Part shown: positions 20,201-29,305 of the stretch, piece after piece | Numbering within the stretch: position 1 is the first letter of the stretch | Layout: each line of letters starts with the position of its first letter | DNA from: Cenarchaeum sp. | GTDB lineage: Archaea; Thermoproteota; Nitrososphaeria; Nitrososphaerales; Nitrosopumilaceae | NCBI GenBank assembly: GCA_965242695.1 | Contig: CBDESU010000001.1 | Location: 832,001 to 896,000, forward strand | DNA length: 64,000 bases | Reading direction: 5' to 3' | Notes under the pieces: model-generated | What the model saw: the letters and a program-made list of their open reading frames with translations, nothing else | Databases searched by the model: none | What the model was told of the DNA's origin: nothing | Translations under genes and position numbers: made by a program

Positions 20201-23200
20201 ACCGCGCCCTCTACGTCGTCCACTCGTACAACCACTCGTACAGGATAGGCGAGGCGTACCTGGGCAGCCACGACGCAGATGCCCACCTTGCAAAGATCGA
20301 CCTGGACACCATGGAGATCGAGTGGTCGACGCCGATGCTCAACCACACCAACCGGAACGGCGATGTCAACACCCGCTACGACCTGTTCGACATCGCGCTG
20401 GATCCGGCAAACGAGGCGGCGTTCATAATGACAGAGGGGCACCGCCCTGACAACGAGAACGACAGGAATGCAAGCCCCGTCCTGGTCGTAAGCACGAACA
20501 ACGGGACGGTCCACCCCGCCATCTTCCATGACGAGAGGCACCCGTACAACTACACGCAGGATCCGGCCGCCGTCCTGGCGGTCGCCAACCCGAGCGCGAT
20601 GGCAGCCAACCTGACGGACAGCCACACCGCGTACGTCGTCGGGCGCATCGGCACTTTTGCCGACCCCCACTGGGGGATAGCGACGGTCTCCTTCGAGGGC
20701 CCGAACGGCGAGGTGCATCCCGACTACGAGGTGCACGACTTTGTCACCCTGATCGACAACCCCGCCAGCCACCACAACTACCACACGTACCGCAACGGGC
20801 ACGAGTCGTACAACTCCGTCCTGGCCAGGGATGTGATCCTGGACGACGAGAACAACCTCCTGTTCGTCCTGATGCGCAACCAGACCATGTTCAAGTACGA
20901 CCTGAGCACTAATACGACGCTGATCGGGGGCGACACGATAGGGCTGCCGCGCAACCCCGAGACGGTGGCCAACCTGCCCGGCACCATCACCGGCATCGGC
21001 CTGGATGCAAAGAACGGCATGCTGTACGCGGTAAGCAACGACTGGCAGAGGCCGTCCGTGTACGCGATCCGCACCAGCGACATGGCAGTAGTGGGCGAGT
21101 CGTCCCTGAACGACCAGATGATCGCAATTTCAGTCGACCAGGGCAACGGCACCGTGTACGCCTCGCCCTCTTGGACGCCGTCCGTGTACGTGATCGACCC
21201 GCTGCCGCGCACCGGCCTGCAGAACCTGATAGACGCCGCGGCGCCTGGATCCGTCGTGACAATACCCGACGGGACGTACGACGACACGGTCCTGGTGATC
21301 GACAAGCCGCTGACCCTCACGTCGACGACGGGCGAGGCGGGGCCCGCCATGTTCACGGGACACTCCCGCATACAGGTGCAGTCGGACGACGTCGCGATAC
21401 GGGGCCTGTCGTTCGAGGATACGGACTGCATGCCGGGCCTGTCGTACAACCATATCGGCATACACAACAAGGCGGCTCGCTCTGGCATCACAATAGAGGA
21501 CAACCGCTTTGCCGACACGTGCCACGCCGCCGTGCAGACAAAGGGCGCCAACACGCTAGAGGACGTAAAGGTGCGCTTCAACGAGCTCGTGAATGTGGGC
21601 ACAAAGATCGCGCCGGGCAAGGCCGAGCCGCTCAACACGGGCGGCGAGGACGAGTGGCTGTACACGCACGGCGGGATCGGACTGTCGTACCACCCGGGCC
21701 AGGGCGAGGTGAGGAACGCCGAAATCTCCTACAACGACATTCGGGGGACGAGCTCGGCCGGCATCCGCGTGTTCAACCCCGACGACGTCCGGATCGTCGG
21801 AAACACCATACGGGACACGCCAGAGGCCGGCATTGCGCTCGCGCACAACAGAAACTACGACGCGTCCGACGTGCTGATCAGGGCAAACACGCTGACCGAC
21901 ACGAACACCGAGCCGGACATGGACTACCTCGACGGGGTGGAGGGCAGCGGCGAGCTCTCGTACTACACGGCGGTCGGGCTCCTCGGCAGGGCCTCGCTCA
22001 CGGGACCGGGACAGTCGCCGCACTACGAAAAGCCGACGCCGAGCGCGGCCATAAAGGTGTGGGCCAACCTGGAGAACGTGACCGTAACGGACAACACGAT
22101 CAGGGGCAGCGGCGGCGCGTTCGTCGCATGCGCCGGAACGTGCGCCACCGAGAGCGACGGCGTGATCCACACCGGACCCGACAACCGCGACCGGTGGAAG
22201 GTCCGCAACATACTGCTCCCCGCGTACGACGACAGCGGCTTTGGGAGCTACAGCATCAACGTGACCGCAAACAACTTTGCGTTCAACTGGAACGCGATAT
22301 CGGGCGACAACGGCCGGAACGGCGCCGACCTGATCGCCAACAACGCGACCGGCGTCCTTGACGCGACAAACAACTACTATCCGGGGATGATCGCACCGGG
22401 ACAGATACGCAGCCCCGACACGGTCGACTATTCCACGACGGCGCGGGCCGTCGCCAGCGTCTCGCCGGCATCCGCCGGCGTGCAGGGAATCGGCGATGCG
22501 CTTGAAATTGCGGTCGCATTCAACAAGGACACCGTAGTGGACACGCTGCACGGAAAGCCGTCGCTCCTCCTGTCCACGGGACCAGAGACCGGCACGGGCA
22601 CCGCCGAGTACAGGGGCGCCTCGGCCGATGCCCTCAGCTTTGCGTACACGGTAAGGGAGGGCGACCTGCTCGGCTCGGACATGCTGGTCCGCATGGACCT
22701 CGACGGGGCCCTGATCGACGCCGAGCCGAACCCCGATGCCGTGCTGGAGCTGCCCGCCATAAGCCGCGTTCCGACAATCGACAGTATGCGCCCGTACGTC
22801 GTGAATGTCACGACGACGACGCAGGCCGGATCGTACTATCCGGGCAGCGCGATCGAGATTGTGGCGGCGTTCAGCGAGGATGTGGCCGTGTCCGGCGCAC
22901 CAACCCTCCCCCTTGCGACCGACCTGCCTGGCTCGGCCGCGTTGTACTCGGGCGGGAACGGCACGAGCCTCATCGCATTCAAGTACACGGTGCAGGGCGG
23001 CGACACGGCCGACCCGCTAACGAACGCGGCCGCGGATATAATCCTCGCCGGCGGCGCCTCGATCAGGGACATGGCCGGCAACGATGCGGCGCCGGGGCTG
23101 CCCGGCGCGGGGACGGGCGCATCGCTTGCCGAGACGAGCGGCGGCCAAATCGTCATACTCGACAGGGATACGACAGAGACGGCAGCCGAGGCGGTATTCT

Positions 23201-26200
23201 CGGCAAGGAATACCATCCGCATCGACTATACGGCGCCGCTCGGCCCACCGAGCGACTACACGGGCGACGTGTACGGCGCGATCGAGCTCTCCGGCGGGAC
23301 GACCGCATCGCCGACTGACGTGGACGGCCTGGGGACGGCAACGCACACGGTGCGGTTTGGCGGGCCCGGCGTCTCGCGCAGCGACACGGGCACGATCGCG
23401 CTAAACACAGACCTGGAGGGGCGCAGCGCCGGCGGCACGCCGCAGACGTTTACGGACGATACGATACCGGTGAGGGCCGGCACGTTCGCCGTAACGGTGG
23501 CGCCAACGGGCGATGCGCCCGTCGTGGTCATCGAGCGGGACGGCTTTGTCCGCCAGGTCAACGTCGTTGACGGCGGAGACACGGTGCGCCCGGCCGTCAA
23601 CGTCTCGTCGCTCGCCGAGGTACCACTCGAGGAGAACGGGACGAACACGGTGAGGCTTCCCGGCACGGATACAGTCGCCATAGTCGCATCGTTTGCCGAG
23701 GTCCACTTCCCGCCAAACGTCACGGCCACGATGGTTCCCGCAGACGGCCTGCTAGAGCTGTACGTCTCGCCCGACAGGCCGACCGTTCAGGAGGTCGCCG
23801 AGGCGCTCGGCGATGATACCCCCTCGGGCCTAGAGGTGCAGCAGGTCGTAGAGGTCGGCGACAGCGAGGCCAGGATCGTATTCGACCTGCCGGTCCGCAT
23901 CGTGCTCGACGGGCAGGCCGGCGGCAGCGCGTTCTACGTGAACACATCGGACGGGGCAATCGTGCCGATTATGACCGTATGCGAGGCCGACGACACGGCC
24001 GCAGTGCACGCGCAGCTTGGCGGGTCGGGCGAGTGCCAGCGCGACTCTGGCGGCGACAAGGTCATACACACGTACCATCTGACAAAGTTTGGGACGGCCC
24101 GTGCCGCCTCTGCCCTCGAGGACATGGTCTCGGCGGCCCCGCCGGGCGGCACCGTCCAGGTGCAGCCGGGCGAGTACAGCGCCGCCGTCCTGATAGTCGA
24201 CAAGCCGCTGACGATAGAGGCGGCCGATCCGGACGACCGGCCGGTCTTTACCGGCTACTCGCACATCATAGTCGAGCCGGCCGCCGCGGGCCCCATAACA
24301 ATCCGCAACCTCGCGTTCATGAACACGACGCACACGTCGGGAGCGGGCGGCCTGGCCTCGATAACCGTCCTGTCCAAGACCGGCTCAGCCGCCGGCGCCG
24401 CGCCGGTCACAATAGAGGGCAACACGTTCCGCGACACGTGCGACAGCGGCATCCGCGCGGCGGCCGACGCCGGCGCCCCGCCGATAGCGGATCTGACCAT
24501 ATCCGGCAACAGGTTCTACGACATCGGGTCAAACTCGGCCGGCTGCATGTCCCCGTCGGCCCCAGACAGGGCCGACGCCATAGTGGCCGGGAGGCACGGG
24601 CCATTCACGGCCGGCACGACCGAGCTGGCAAACGCCACAATACGCGACAACTACATCTTCGGGACGACATACACGGGGATGAGGGTGGCAGGCGCCGACG
24701 GCCTCGTCATAGAGGGCAACCACATCGAGGGCGTGCCCGACGACGGCGTACGGATACTCCCGTCTAGGAACGTCGACGTCCGCAGCAACACCATAATCGG
24801 CGCCAACGGCGCGCCGCACGCGCCGGCGGACGGCGCGCCGGCGCACGAAGGCCTGGCCGGAGCGGCGATCGAGGTGTGGTCCGGCTCTGACGATGTGGTC
24901 GTCGCGCTCAACCGCATATCGGGCAGCGCCGGCGCGCTTGCCGTGTGCGCCGGCACGTGCGATCCGGGGGCGGACGCGGCCGACGGGACGGGAGGCGATC
25001 CGGTCCCGGTCGGCAGGGCGCAGCTCGGCTCGCCCGACGGCGCAAACGACGTGCGGTTCAGCCACAATACAATCGACGCGACAAACACGGCGCCGCTCGT
25101 GGCAAACAGCGCGGGCGGCACGCTCGCCGCCCGCAGCAACTACTATCCGGGACACGCGGCATCCGTGGCGGCCGGCACCGGCATGGCGGCAGCGTCCGGC
25201 GCGAGCGTAGAGTACGCGCCGGCGATCGACGACGGCGGCCCCGTCAGGGTCGGCGTCATTGTGGCCGACGCGCCGGGATCGCCCGTGCGCTCGATAGACG
25301 CGGCAGTGGCGGCCGGATTCGCAGCCGGGTCGTCCGCATACAACGAGGGACAGGCGCGCATGGGCGGGCTGGTCGGGATCGAGCCCGTTCCGTACTCGGT
25401 CGCATCGCCCGACATGGCCGACTCTGCAGCGCACGCGGCGGCACTCGAAGCGCTGCGCACGGGCGCAAACGACGACGACCGGATGCGCCCCGTCCTGGAA
25501 AACTCGATAGCCCGGGCGATCGCGCTGTACGACGGGAACGCGACGGGCGGCCTTGCGGCGATAAGCGCCATGGAGGCCGAGTACGGCCACTATCCGTTCG
25601 CAACATCCCGGAACGGGACCCTGGTCGCCCACGGCGCAAACCCCTCGCTCGTCGGGCGGGCCGACGTCGTGCTCGGCATTGCGGGCGGCGCCGATGGCCT
25701 GCGCGCGCTATACGACTTTGGCGACGGGACAGCATCGACGGGAATCGAGGGGTACCCCAACGCCAGTTGGAAGTGGTGGACGTACGAGTTTGCAAACCCG
25801 GCGGCCGGAGGCGAGATGCAGTCCAAGCGCTCGATCATCGTCCTGCACAACGGCCCTGACGGCGAGGCCGGCACGGCCGACGACCTGGTGTTCGGGGCCG
25901 GCCACTACCCGCCGGGCGCGCCGTCGCACCTGCTCGTGGCCGCCGGCGATGCGGCGGCCGCGGCCGACCCGGCGGGCGGCTCTGGTATAGTCGTCTCGCC
26001 GACCTCGACGGCCACGGCGCCGACGCGGCTCGCCTCCGCGGCCGACTCGCTCTTCCGCCTCGCCCCGCCGGACGGCACGGCCGCCGGCGTGCTTGCGGGC
26101 CTGCTCGGCGCCGACACGTCAAGGGTCGTCGTCCTAAACGACAGCGCATCGCTGCAGAGCATGAGCATGGCAGCCGCCCTTGCATCCCCGTCGTCGGACG

Positions 26201-27249
26201 CATCGGCCGGCGGCAGGACGGTACAGGTCGTCTCGTACGACTCTGCATCCGAGGATGAAAGCTGGGCCGCCGCCGCAATGGAGGCCGTAAACGCGGCCGT
26301 CGGAGGCGGCGCGCAGGCCAACGACACGGCGGTAGTCTACACGGGCAGGGCCGGCGCGTTTGCGGCCCTTGCAGGGACGGAGGCGGCCGGCAGCGCGAGT
26401 CCGGACGCGAGCTGGTACGCCACGGGCGAGCTGGCCAGGGCCGAGCTCGGCATGCCGCCGCCCGGCCTTGCGAGGGCGACAGGGCTTGCGGTGGTATCGC
26501 AGCACGCGGCGCCGAGCGCTGCAATCGACGCGCGGCTGATGGCTGCAATATCCGCCGTCGTATTGGACGACTCTACGAGGGGCCCCGCATACGCGGCGTA
26601 CGACGCGGCGTTCCTGCTTGGCCGCTCGATCGCCGCCGCGGGCTCGACCGCGCCGCGGGACGCCGCCCCGGCCGACGTGGCCGCCAAGTTGCCAGAGGTC
26701 GCGCGCAAGTACGACGGCTCGGCCCTGGGCGGGAGGCTCGTCCTGGATGCCAACGGCGACCTTGCCATGCCGGCAAGGTACGCCGTCTCGGCCGTCGGCG
26801 CCGACGGCTCGTGGAGCCGCATCGGCGAGCCGCGCGAGGGGGCCGGGACGTGCAGCATCGAGCTTGAAAAGGCCGCTACGGACTTTGGCCCGCTAATGCC
26901 AGGCCAGCGCTCGAGGGCCGACACGCAGACGGTGCTCAACAGCGGCACCATGGCGTACGGCGACGCAGGAGTGGCCGTCTCGGCCGGCATGTGGGAGTAC
27001 AGATCTGCCGCTGCCAACGCCACCGCCCCGCCGACGACGGCGCTAGACCGAGGCCTTACGATGTACCGCATGGTGCAGGGTGCAGGCGCCGAGTACGCCG
27101 GCCTCGAGGCCTCGACCGCGCTGCCCGGCTCGTCGCTCGGCCCCGGCGAGGAGGTCGCAGTGCAGTTTGTCGTCGACCTCTCGTCGATGCCGGCGCTCGC
27201 CGCCGGCACGATGTCGCAGACCATAGCGTACTCTGTCTCGTGCAACTAG
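17260..27249 (+). CDS. Giant secreted surface protein, 3329 aa (2x beta-propeller + parallel beta-helix, Ig-like, HLT domain, beta-helix, type I periplasmic-binding fold with inserted Cache domain, terminal domain)
   Basis: Signal peptide AIVAVAVLGAAVAMA..AFAQ; YVTN-like blades; 'G.Y....L.I.KPLTL' beta-helix caps x3; start may be GTG 17260 or ATG 17302. Confidence 0.92.
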   Translation: MTATGGHAPCRFNAMAIVAVAVLGAAVAMAVPDHIAGEAFAQSADGAPECPSAAAGDECEYHVTEALAIRDILPEIVRIDPDTGYVYVSTRPKQGAMDLNYSYLNVYNSSANGYLPIAEFKFDTGINTRIEGFEINNRTNELHVVHLWGMHDASEGWTGEGWDVRGKANLTTIDLDTHQMTKTIRLGYTESPAVTSAHNSFWYQTDRFFMHDIALDTVRDLAYIGAERAPILVVDTNTTTLLPSRVDRGGTSDPGDGWNAFAEGTISMSMAVDEDSGIVYAGVVVGDKLDETGGTWGIAALNFTDPSGNPTTNYTSMHFLGLLSNPPPNTGKCFNKPGTPHNETNYYTYPCYEFVRVEALHFDGGNNKLFALYENHTVWAVELDESGRPQSMEELDVRAGDPRHGHNPIRDIALDSQRGLLYTSLYDYTDPRVVVMDSATHARVGVASTTSQTAEMGINPANGAVYVLPDWALGAYVIEGEPKSDLQRRIDDASDGDTIVVEPGIYDDTVLDIYKPLTLTTASGQPGAAKFTGYSRIEVEADDVTVRGISFENTDCMPGFGGSLIEIRTHHDVTRNRVTIENNAFRDTCHAAIQKEGRGNLVDINIRDNTFINIGLKVPPGWTEPLDTGGENEFQIMHGAIGLAHHPNQNTVGGEISGNFINGTSAAGIRVFNAHDMAITDNYIANTPASAIGLAHNPQDVQVLRNTIVNANSEPDLDYLAGIEGSGDADYWRFFGKPAILDGIDPTPQDHPTYGDGLPAPDAAINVWSDGQNIRVEENTIRGSDGAFTVCTGVCAFESDGLVRGGNRNIPLDTNIDGANIVFRSNVVYAHNGTDNNGVLIRSNVTQGTLDATDNSFPGYSAASDVPVLGAMDLGSSVLAQAVPDGEDAQCPSSADADSCTYHATGSFTAGDVSPATVRIDHERGIAYVASKINAGASNPEEVVLLAYEIDAARGYPLVKAFDPVGTHYPRVPAMEIDVENRALYVVHSYNHSYRIGEAYLGSHDADAHLAKIDLDTMEIEWSTPMLNHTNRNGDVNTRYDLFDIALDPANEAAFIMTEGHRPDNENDRNASPVLVVSTNNGTVHPAIFHDERHPYNYTQDPAAVLAVANPSAMAANLTDSHTAYVVGRIGTFADPHWGIATVSFEGPNGEVHPDYEVHDFVTLIDNPASHHNYHTYRNGHESYNSVLARDVILDDENNLLFVLMRNQTMFKYDLSTNTTLIGGDTIGLPRNPETVANLPGTITGIGLDAKNGMLYAVSNDWQRPSVYAIRTSDMAVVGESSLNDQMIAISVDQGNGTVYASPSWTPSVYVIDPLPRTGLQNLIDAAAPGSVVTIPDGTYDDTVLVIDKPLTLTSTTGEAGPAMFTGHSRIQVQSDDVAIRGLSFEDTDCMPGLSYNHIGIHNKAARSGITIEDNRFADTCHAAVQTKGANTLEDVKVRFNELVNVGTKIAPGKAEPLNTGGEDEWLYTHGGIGLSYHPGQGEVRNAEISYNDIRGTSSAGIRVFNPDDVRIVGNTIRDTPEAGIALAHNRNYDASDVLIRANTLTDTNTEPDMDYLDGVEGSGELSYYTAVGLLGRASLTGPGQSPHYEKPTPSAAIKVWANLENVTVTDNTIRGSGGAFVACAGTCATESDGVIHTGPDNRDRWKVRNILLPAYDDSGFGSYSINVTANNFAFNWNAISGDNGRNGADLIANNATGVLDATNNYYPGMIAPGQIRSPDTVDYSTTARAVASVSPASAGVQGIGDALEIAVAFNKDTVVDTLHGKPSLLLSTGPETGTGTAEYRGASADALSFAYTVREGDLLGSDMLVRMDLDGALIDAEPNPDAVLELPAISRVPTIDSMRPYVVNVTTTTQAGSYYPGSAIEIVAAFSEDVAVSGAPTLPLATDLPGSAALYSGGNGTSLIAFKYTVQGGDTADPLTNAAADIILAGGASIRDMAGNDAAPGLPGAGTGASLAETSGGQIVILDRDTTETAAEAVFSARNTIRIDYTAPLGPPSDYTGDVYGAIELSGGTTASPTDVDGLGTATHTVRFGGPGVSRSDTGTIALNTDLEGRSAGGTPQTFTDDTIPVRAGTFAVTVAPTGDAPVVVIERDGFVRQVNVVDGGDTVRPAVNVSSLAEVPLEENGTNTVRLPGTDTVAIVASFAEVHFPPNVTATMVPADGLLELYVSPDRPTVQEVAEALGDDTPSGLEVQQVVEVGDSEARIVFDLPVRIVLDGQAGGSAFYVNTSDGAIVPIMTVCEADDTAAVHAQLGGSGECQRDSGGDKVIHTYHLTKFGTARAASALEDMVSAAPPGGTVQVQPGEYSAAVLIVDKPLTIEAADPDDRPVFTGYSHIIVEPAAAGPITIRNLAFMNTTHTSGAGGLASITVLSKTGSAAGAAPVTIEGNTFRDTCDSGIRAAADAGAPPIADLTISGNRFYDIGSNSAGCMSPSAPDRADAIVAGRHGPFTAGTTELANATIRDNYIFGTTYTGMRVAGADGLVIEGNHIEGVPDDGVRILPSRNVDVRSNTIIGANGAPHAPADGAPAHEGLAGAAIEVWSGSDDVVVALNRISGSAGALAVCAGTCDPGADAADGTGGDPVPVGRAQLGSPDGANDVRFSHNTIDATNTAPLVANSAGGTLAARSNYYPGHAASVAAGTGMAAASGASVEYAPAIDDGGPVRVGVIVADAPGSPVRSIDAAVAAGFAAGSSAYNEGQARMGGLVGIEPVPYSVASPDMADSAAHAAALEALRTGANDDDRMRPVLENSIARAIALYDGNATGGLAAISAMEAEYGHYPFATSRNGTLVAHGANPSLVGRADVVLGIAGGADGLRALYDFGDGTASTGIEGYPNASWKWWTYEFANPAAGGEMQSKRSIIVLHNGPDGEAGTADDLVFGAGHYPPGAPSHLLVAAGDAAAAADPAGGSGIVVSPTSTATAPTRLASAADSLFRLAPPDGTAAGVLAGLLGADTSRVVVLNDSASLQSMSMAAALASPSSDASAGGRTVQVVSYDSASEDESWAAAAMEAVNAAVGGGAQANDTAVVYTGRAGAFAALAGTEAAGSASPDASWYATGELARAELGMPPPGLARATGLAVVSQHAAPSAAIDARLMAAISAVVLDDSTRGPAYAAYDAAFLLGRSIAAAGSTAPRDAAPADVAAKLPEVARKYDGSALGGRLVLDANGDLAMPARYAVSAVGADGSWSRIGEPREGAGTCSIELEKAATDFGPLMPGQRSRADTQTVLNSGTMAYGDAGVAVSAGMWEYRSAAANATAPPTTALDRGLTMYRMVQGAGAEYAGLEASTALPGSSLGPGEEVAVQFVVDLSSMPALAAGTMSQTIAYSVSCN

Positions 27250-27391
27250 GCGACGCGGCCCGGGGCGGCGCAAACTGCGTCCCCTGCCGGCTCTGTATCA
27301 CCCCTTCAGAGAAGCGGCTGCGCCTCAGCACTGAGCCGCCCTTTTTTCCCGATCCGCCGCAGCTCCGTACATGTGCATGAACGGGCGCCGG

Positions 27392-27530
27392 CTAGGGGAA
27401 CTCTAGTACCTCCGCGCAGCTTGCGAACCTGTTGTTTTCAGGCCTTGCCTCGGCCTCCCTGTACTTTGGCACCGTCTGGCCGTGCGCTCCGTACAGGCCG
27501 AGCGCGCCGTCCGGGCGGGGCCTGCCGCCG
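27392..27530 (-). repeat. Diverged direct duplicate of the 3' end of the hydrolase gene (29306-29447)
   Basis: GGRPRPDGALGLYGAHGQTVPKYREAEARPENNRFAS..FP* vs GGRPRPDDPLGLYGAHGQTVPKYREVEVRPENHRFAS..FP*; shared core CCTCCCTGTACTTTGGCACCGTCTGGCCGTGCGC. Confidence 0.92.
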
Positions 27531-27674
27531 AGAGGTCTGCCGCGCAGTCTGACTCGGCGGACGGCGCCTGCAGGCCCTGCCGTCCGCCCTATGCCGTCCG
27601 CAAGCCGCCGATCTGCGCGCCATACGCGCGGCGCGCACGCCAAGTTTTTAACGGCGAGCCTTGGCGCCGCTCTT

Positions 27675-28607
27675 GTGCGACTCCTCGCTAGCGCCGAGCG
27701 CGTGCCCTCCCGCCGCAGGTCGAAGCCGCCCGCCGCATCCGGCCTGCCGGCGGCGCAGCGGGCCGCGGCGCCCTTTGTCCCTCCGATCAAGACCCAGGGC
27801 ATAAAGACCAAGCTGGTCGACTTCATCCTGGGCAATGTCGACTGGGACGGATTTGCGGGGCAGGGCGGCAGGTGGATAGAGCCGTTTCTGGGCTCCGGCG
27901 TCGTGCTGTTCAACGCGCGCCCGCGAATGGCGCGCTCGGGAGACGCAAACGTCCACATAGTCGACTTTTACACCGGTATCCAGAGCGGGCGCATCACTTC
28001 GGCCGCCGTCCGGACGTTCCTAGAGCGGGAGGGCGGAAAGCTCGGCCGGATTGGCGACTCCTACTACTACGAGGTGCGCGACAGGTTCAACAGCGGCGGC
28101 GAGCCGCTCGACTTTCTGTTCTTGAACAGGGCCAGCTTCAACGGCCTGATGAGGTTCAACTCGAGGGGATGCTACAACGTTCCGTTCTGCAAAAAGACCT
28201 GGCGGTTCACAAAATCGTACGTGACAAAGATCGTCAACCAGGTCGGGCGGACGGCCGGCATACTGGGCGGATCCGGATGGTTGGTAGAGGCCGGCGACTG
28301 GCGGGGCGCCGTCGAGTCGGCCGGAAGGCGCGACTTTCTGTACCTGGACCCTCCGTACAACGGGCGAAGCGCGAACTACTACGACACCTGGGGCGACGGA
28401 GACATGCGGAGGCTCTCGGACGCGATCTCGGCGACAAGGTCGAAGTTTGCCATGTCCATCTGGTACCGCAACAGGTACCGCGTCAACGACGACATAGGGC
28501 GCTACTTTGCTGGATTCAACATCAAAAAGCACCGGCACTTTTACCACCTGGGATCGAAGGAGTCGCTCCGCAACGAGATGATCGAGGCGTTGATCACCAA
28601 CTATTGA
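27675..28607 (+). CDS. Dam/M.EcoRV-like N6-adenine DNA methyltransferase
   Basis: FVPPIKTQGIKTKLV, EPFLGSG, FLNRASFNG..RFN..YNVPF, YLDPPY, HFYHLG..EALITN all resemble M.EcoRV; start (GTG 27675 or 27702) uncertain. Confidence 0.93.
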   Translation: MRLLASAERVPSRRRSKPPAASGLPAAQRAAAPFVPPIKTQGIKTKLVDFILGNVDWDGFAGQGGRWIEPFLGSGVVLFNARPRMARSGDANVHIVDFYTGIQSGRITSAAVRTFLEREGGKLGRIGDSYYYEVRDRFNSGGEPLDFLFLNRASFNGLMRFNSRGCYNVPFCKKTWRFTKSYVTKIVNQVGRTAGILGGSGWLVEAGDWRGAVESAGRRDFLYLDPPYNGRSANYYDTWGDGDMRRLSDAISATRSKFAMSIWYRNRYRVNDDIGRYFAGFNIKKHRHFYHLGSKESLRNEMIEALITNY

Positions 28608-29260
28608 CGGCGCATCCTACCTCGGCGCGGATGCCCTTTCGAGTAGCTGCGCCAGTAACTCTCGAAGTCCTCGTTGTCTGTGAACTCTGGTTCGTGACTC
28701 TGCAGCCTTTTGAGCGACGTTATTCCTCCTATGTTCGCAGTGTCTCCCGACCCGGATGATCGGCCGGCAAATTGCCACTTTTGCCCTACACATATGTCTT
28801 TTATGTCCACCATGCTGGGTGACGCCTCGTGTGGACGCCACTCGTACACCACTGCAATGATCCAGTGCTCTGCGTAGTCGTTGTAGCATCGCGTTCCACG
28901 GCAGAGTTTTTTAGAGTCGGGTTCTAGGAAGTAACCGTTGTACGTGCCCAGCGTCATCGTGCTTATCCTGTCGCCCTTGATCACGCGTGCGGACTTTACT
29001 TCAATTGCCAGCAGCTTGCCATCCTGCCAAAGATCGGCATCGGGATACCCTCTTCCGAACGACTCGTTGACTACAAGCTCGCACCCGGTTCGCCCTGCCC
29101 ACGAGGCTATTTTTTCCAGCACCAGTGACTGGAGCAGCTCCGTGACTACCCTAGACTCTGCGGGAATCCTAGTGACGGCGCCGCCCACATGCAGAACGCC
29201 CTCTATGTCCCATACGGTGCCGGCTAGCGCGCCCTCGAGCTCGCTGCGCATGTCGAGCAT
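28601..29260 (-). CDS. EcoRV-like Type II restriction endonuclease
   Basis: YPD..IEVK catalytic motif, TLGTY, Y.EHWII..VY, KW..AG..SGSGDTANIG, FESYWRSY; convergent with the MTase gene. Confidence 0.9.
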   Translation of the reverse strand: MLDMRSELEGALAGTVWDIEGVLHVGGAVTRIPAESRVVTELLQSLVLEKIASWAGRTGCELVVNESFGRGYPDADLWQDGKLLAIEVKSARVIKGDRISTMTLGTYNGYFLEPDSKKLCRGTRCYNDYAEHWIIAVVYEWRPHEASPSMVDIKDICVGQKWQFAGRSSGSGDTANIGGITSLKRLQSHEPEFTDNEDFESYWRSYSKGHPRRGRMRRQ

Positions 29261-29305
29261 GCCGGGGCGGGCGGCCGCCCCTATTTGACTTGATGCGCCG
29301 CGGAC

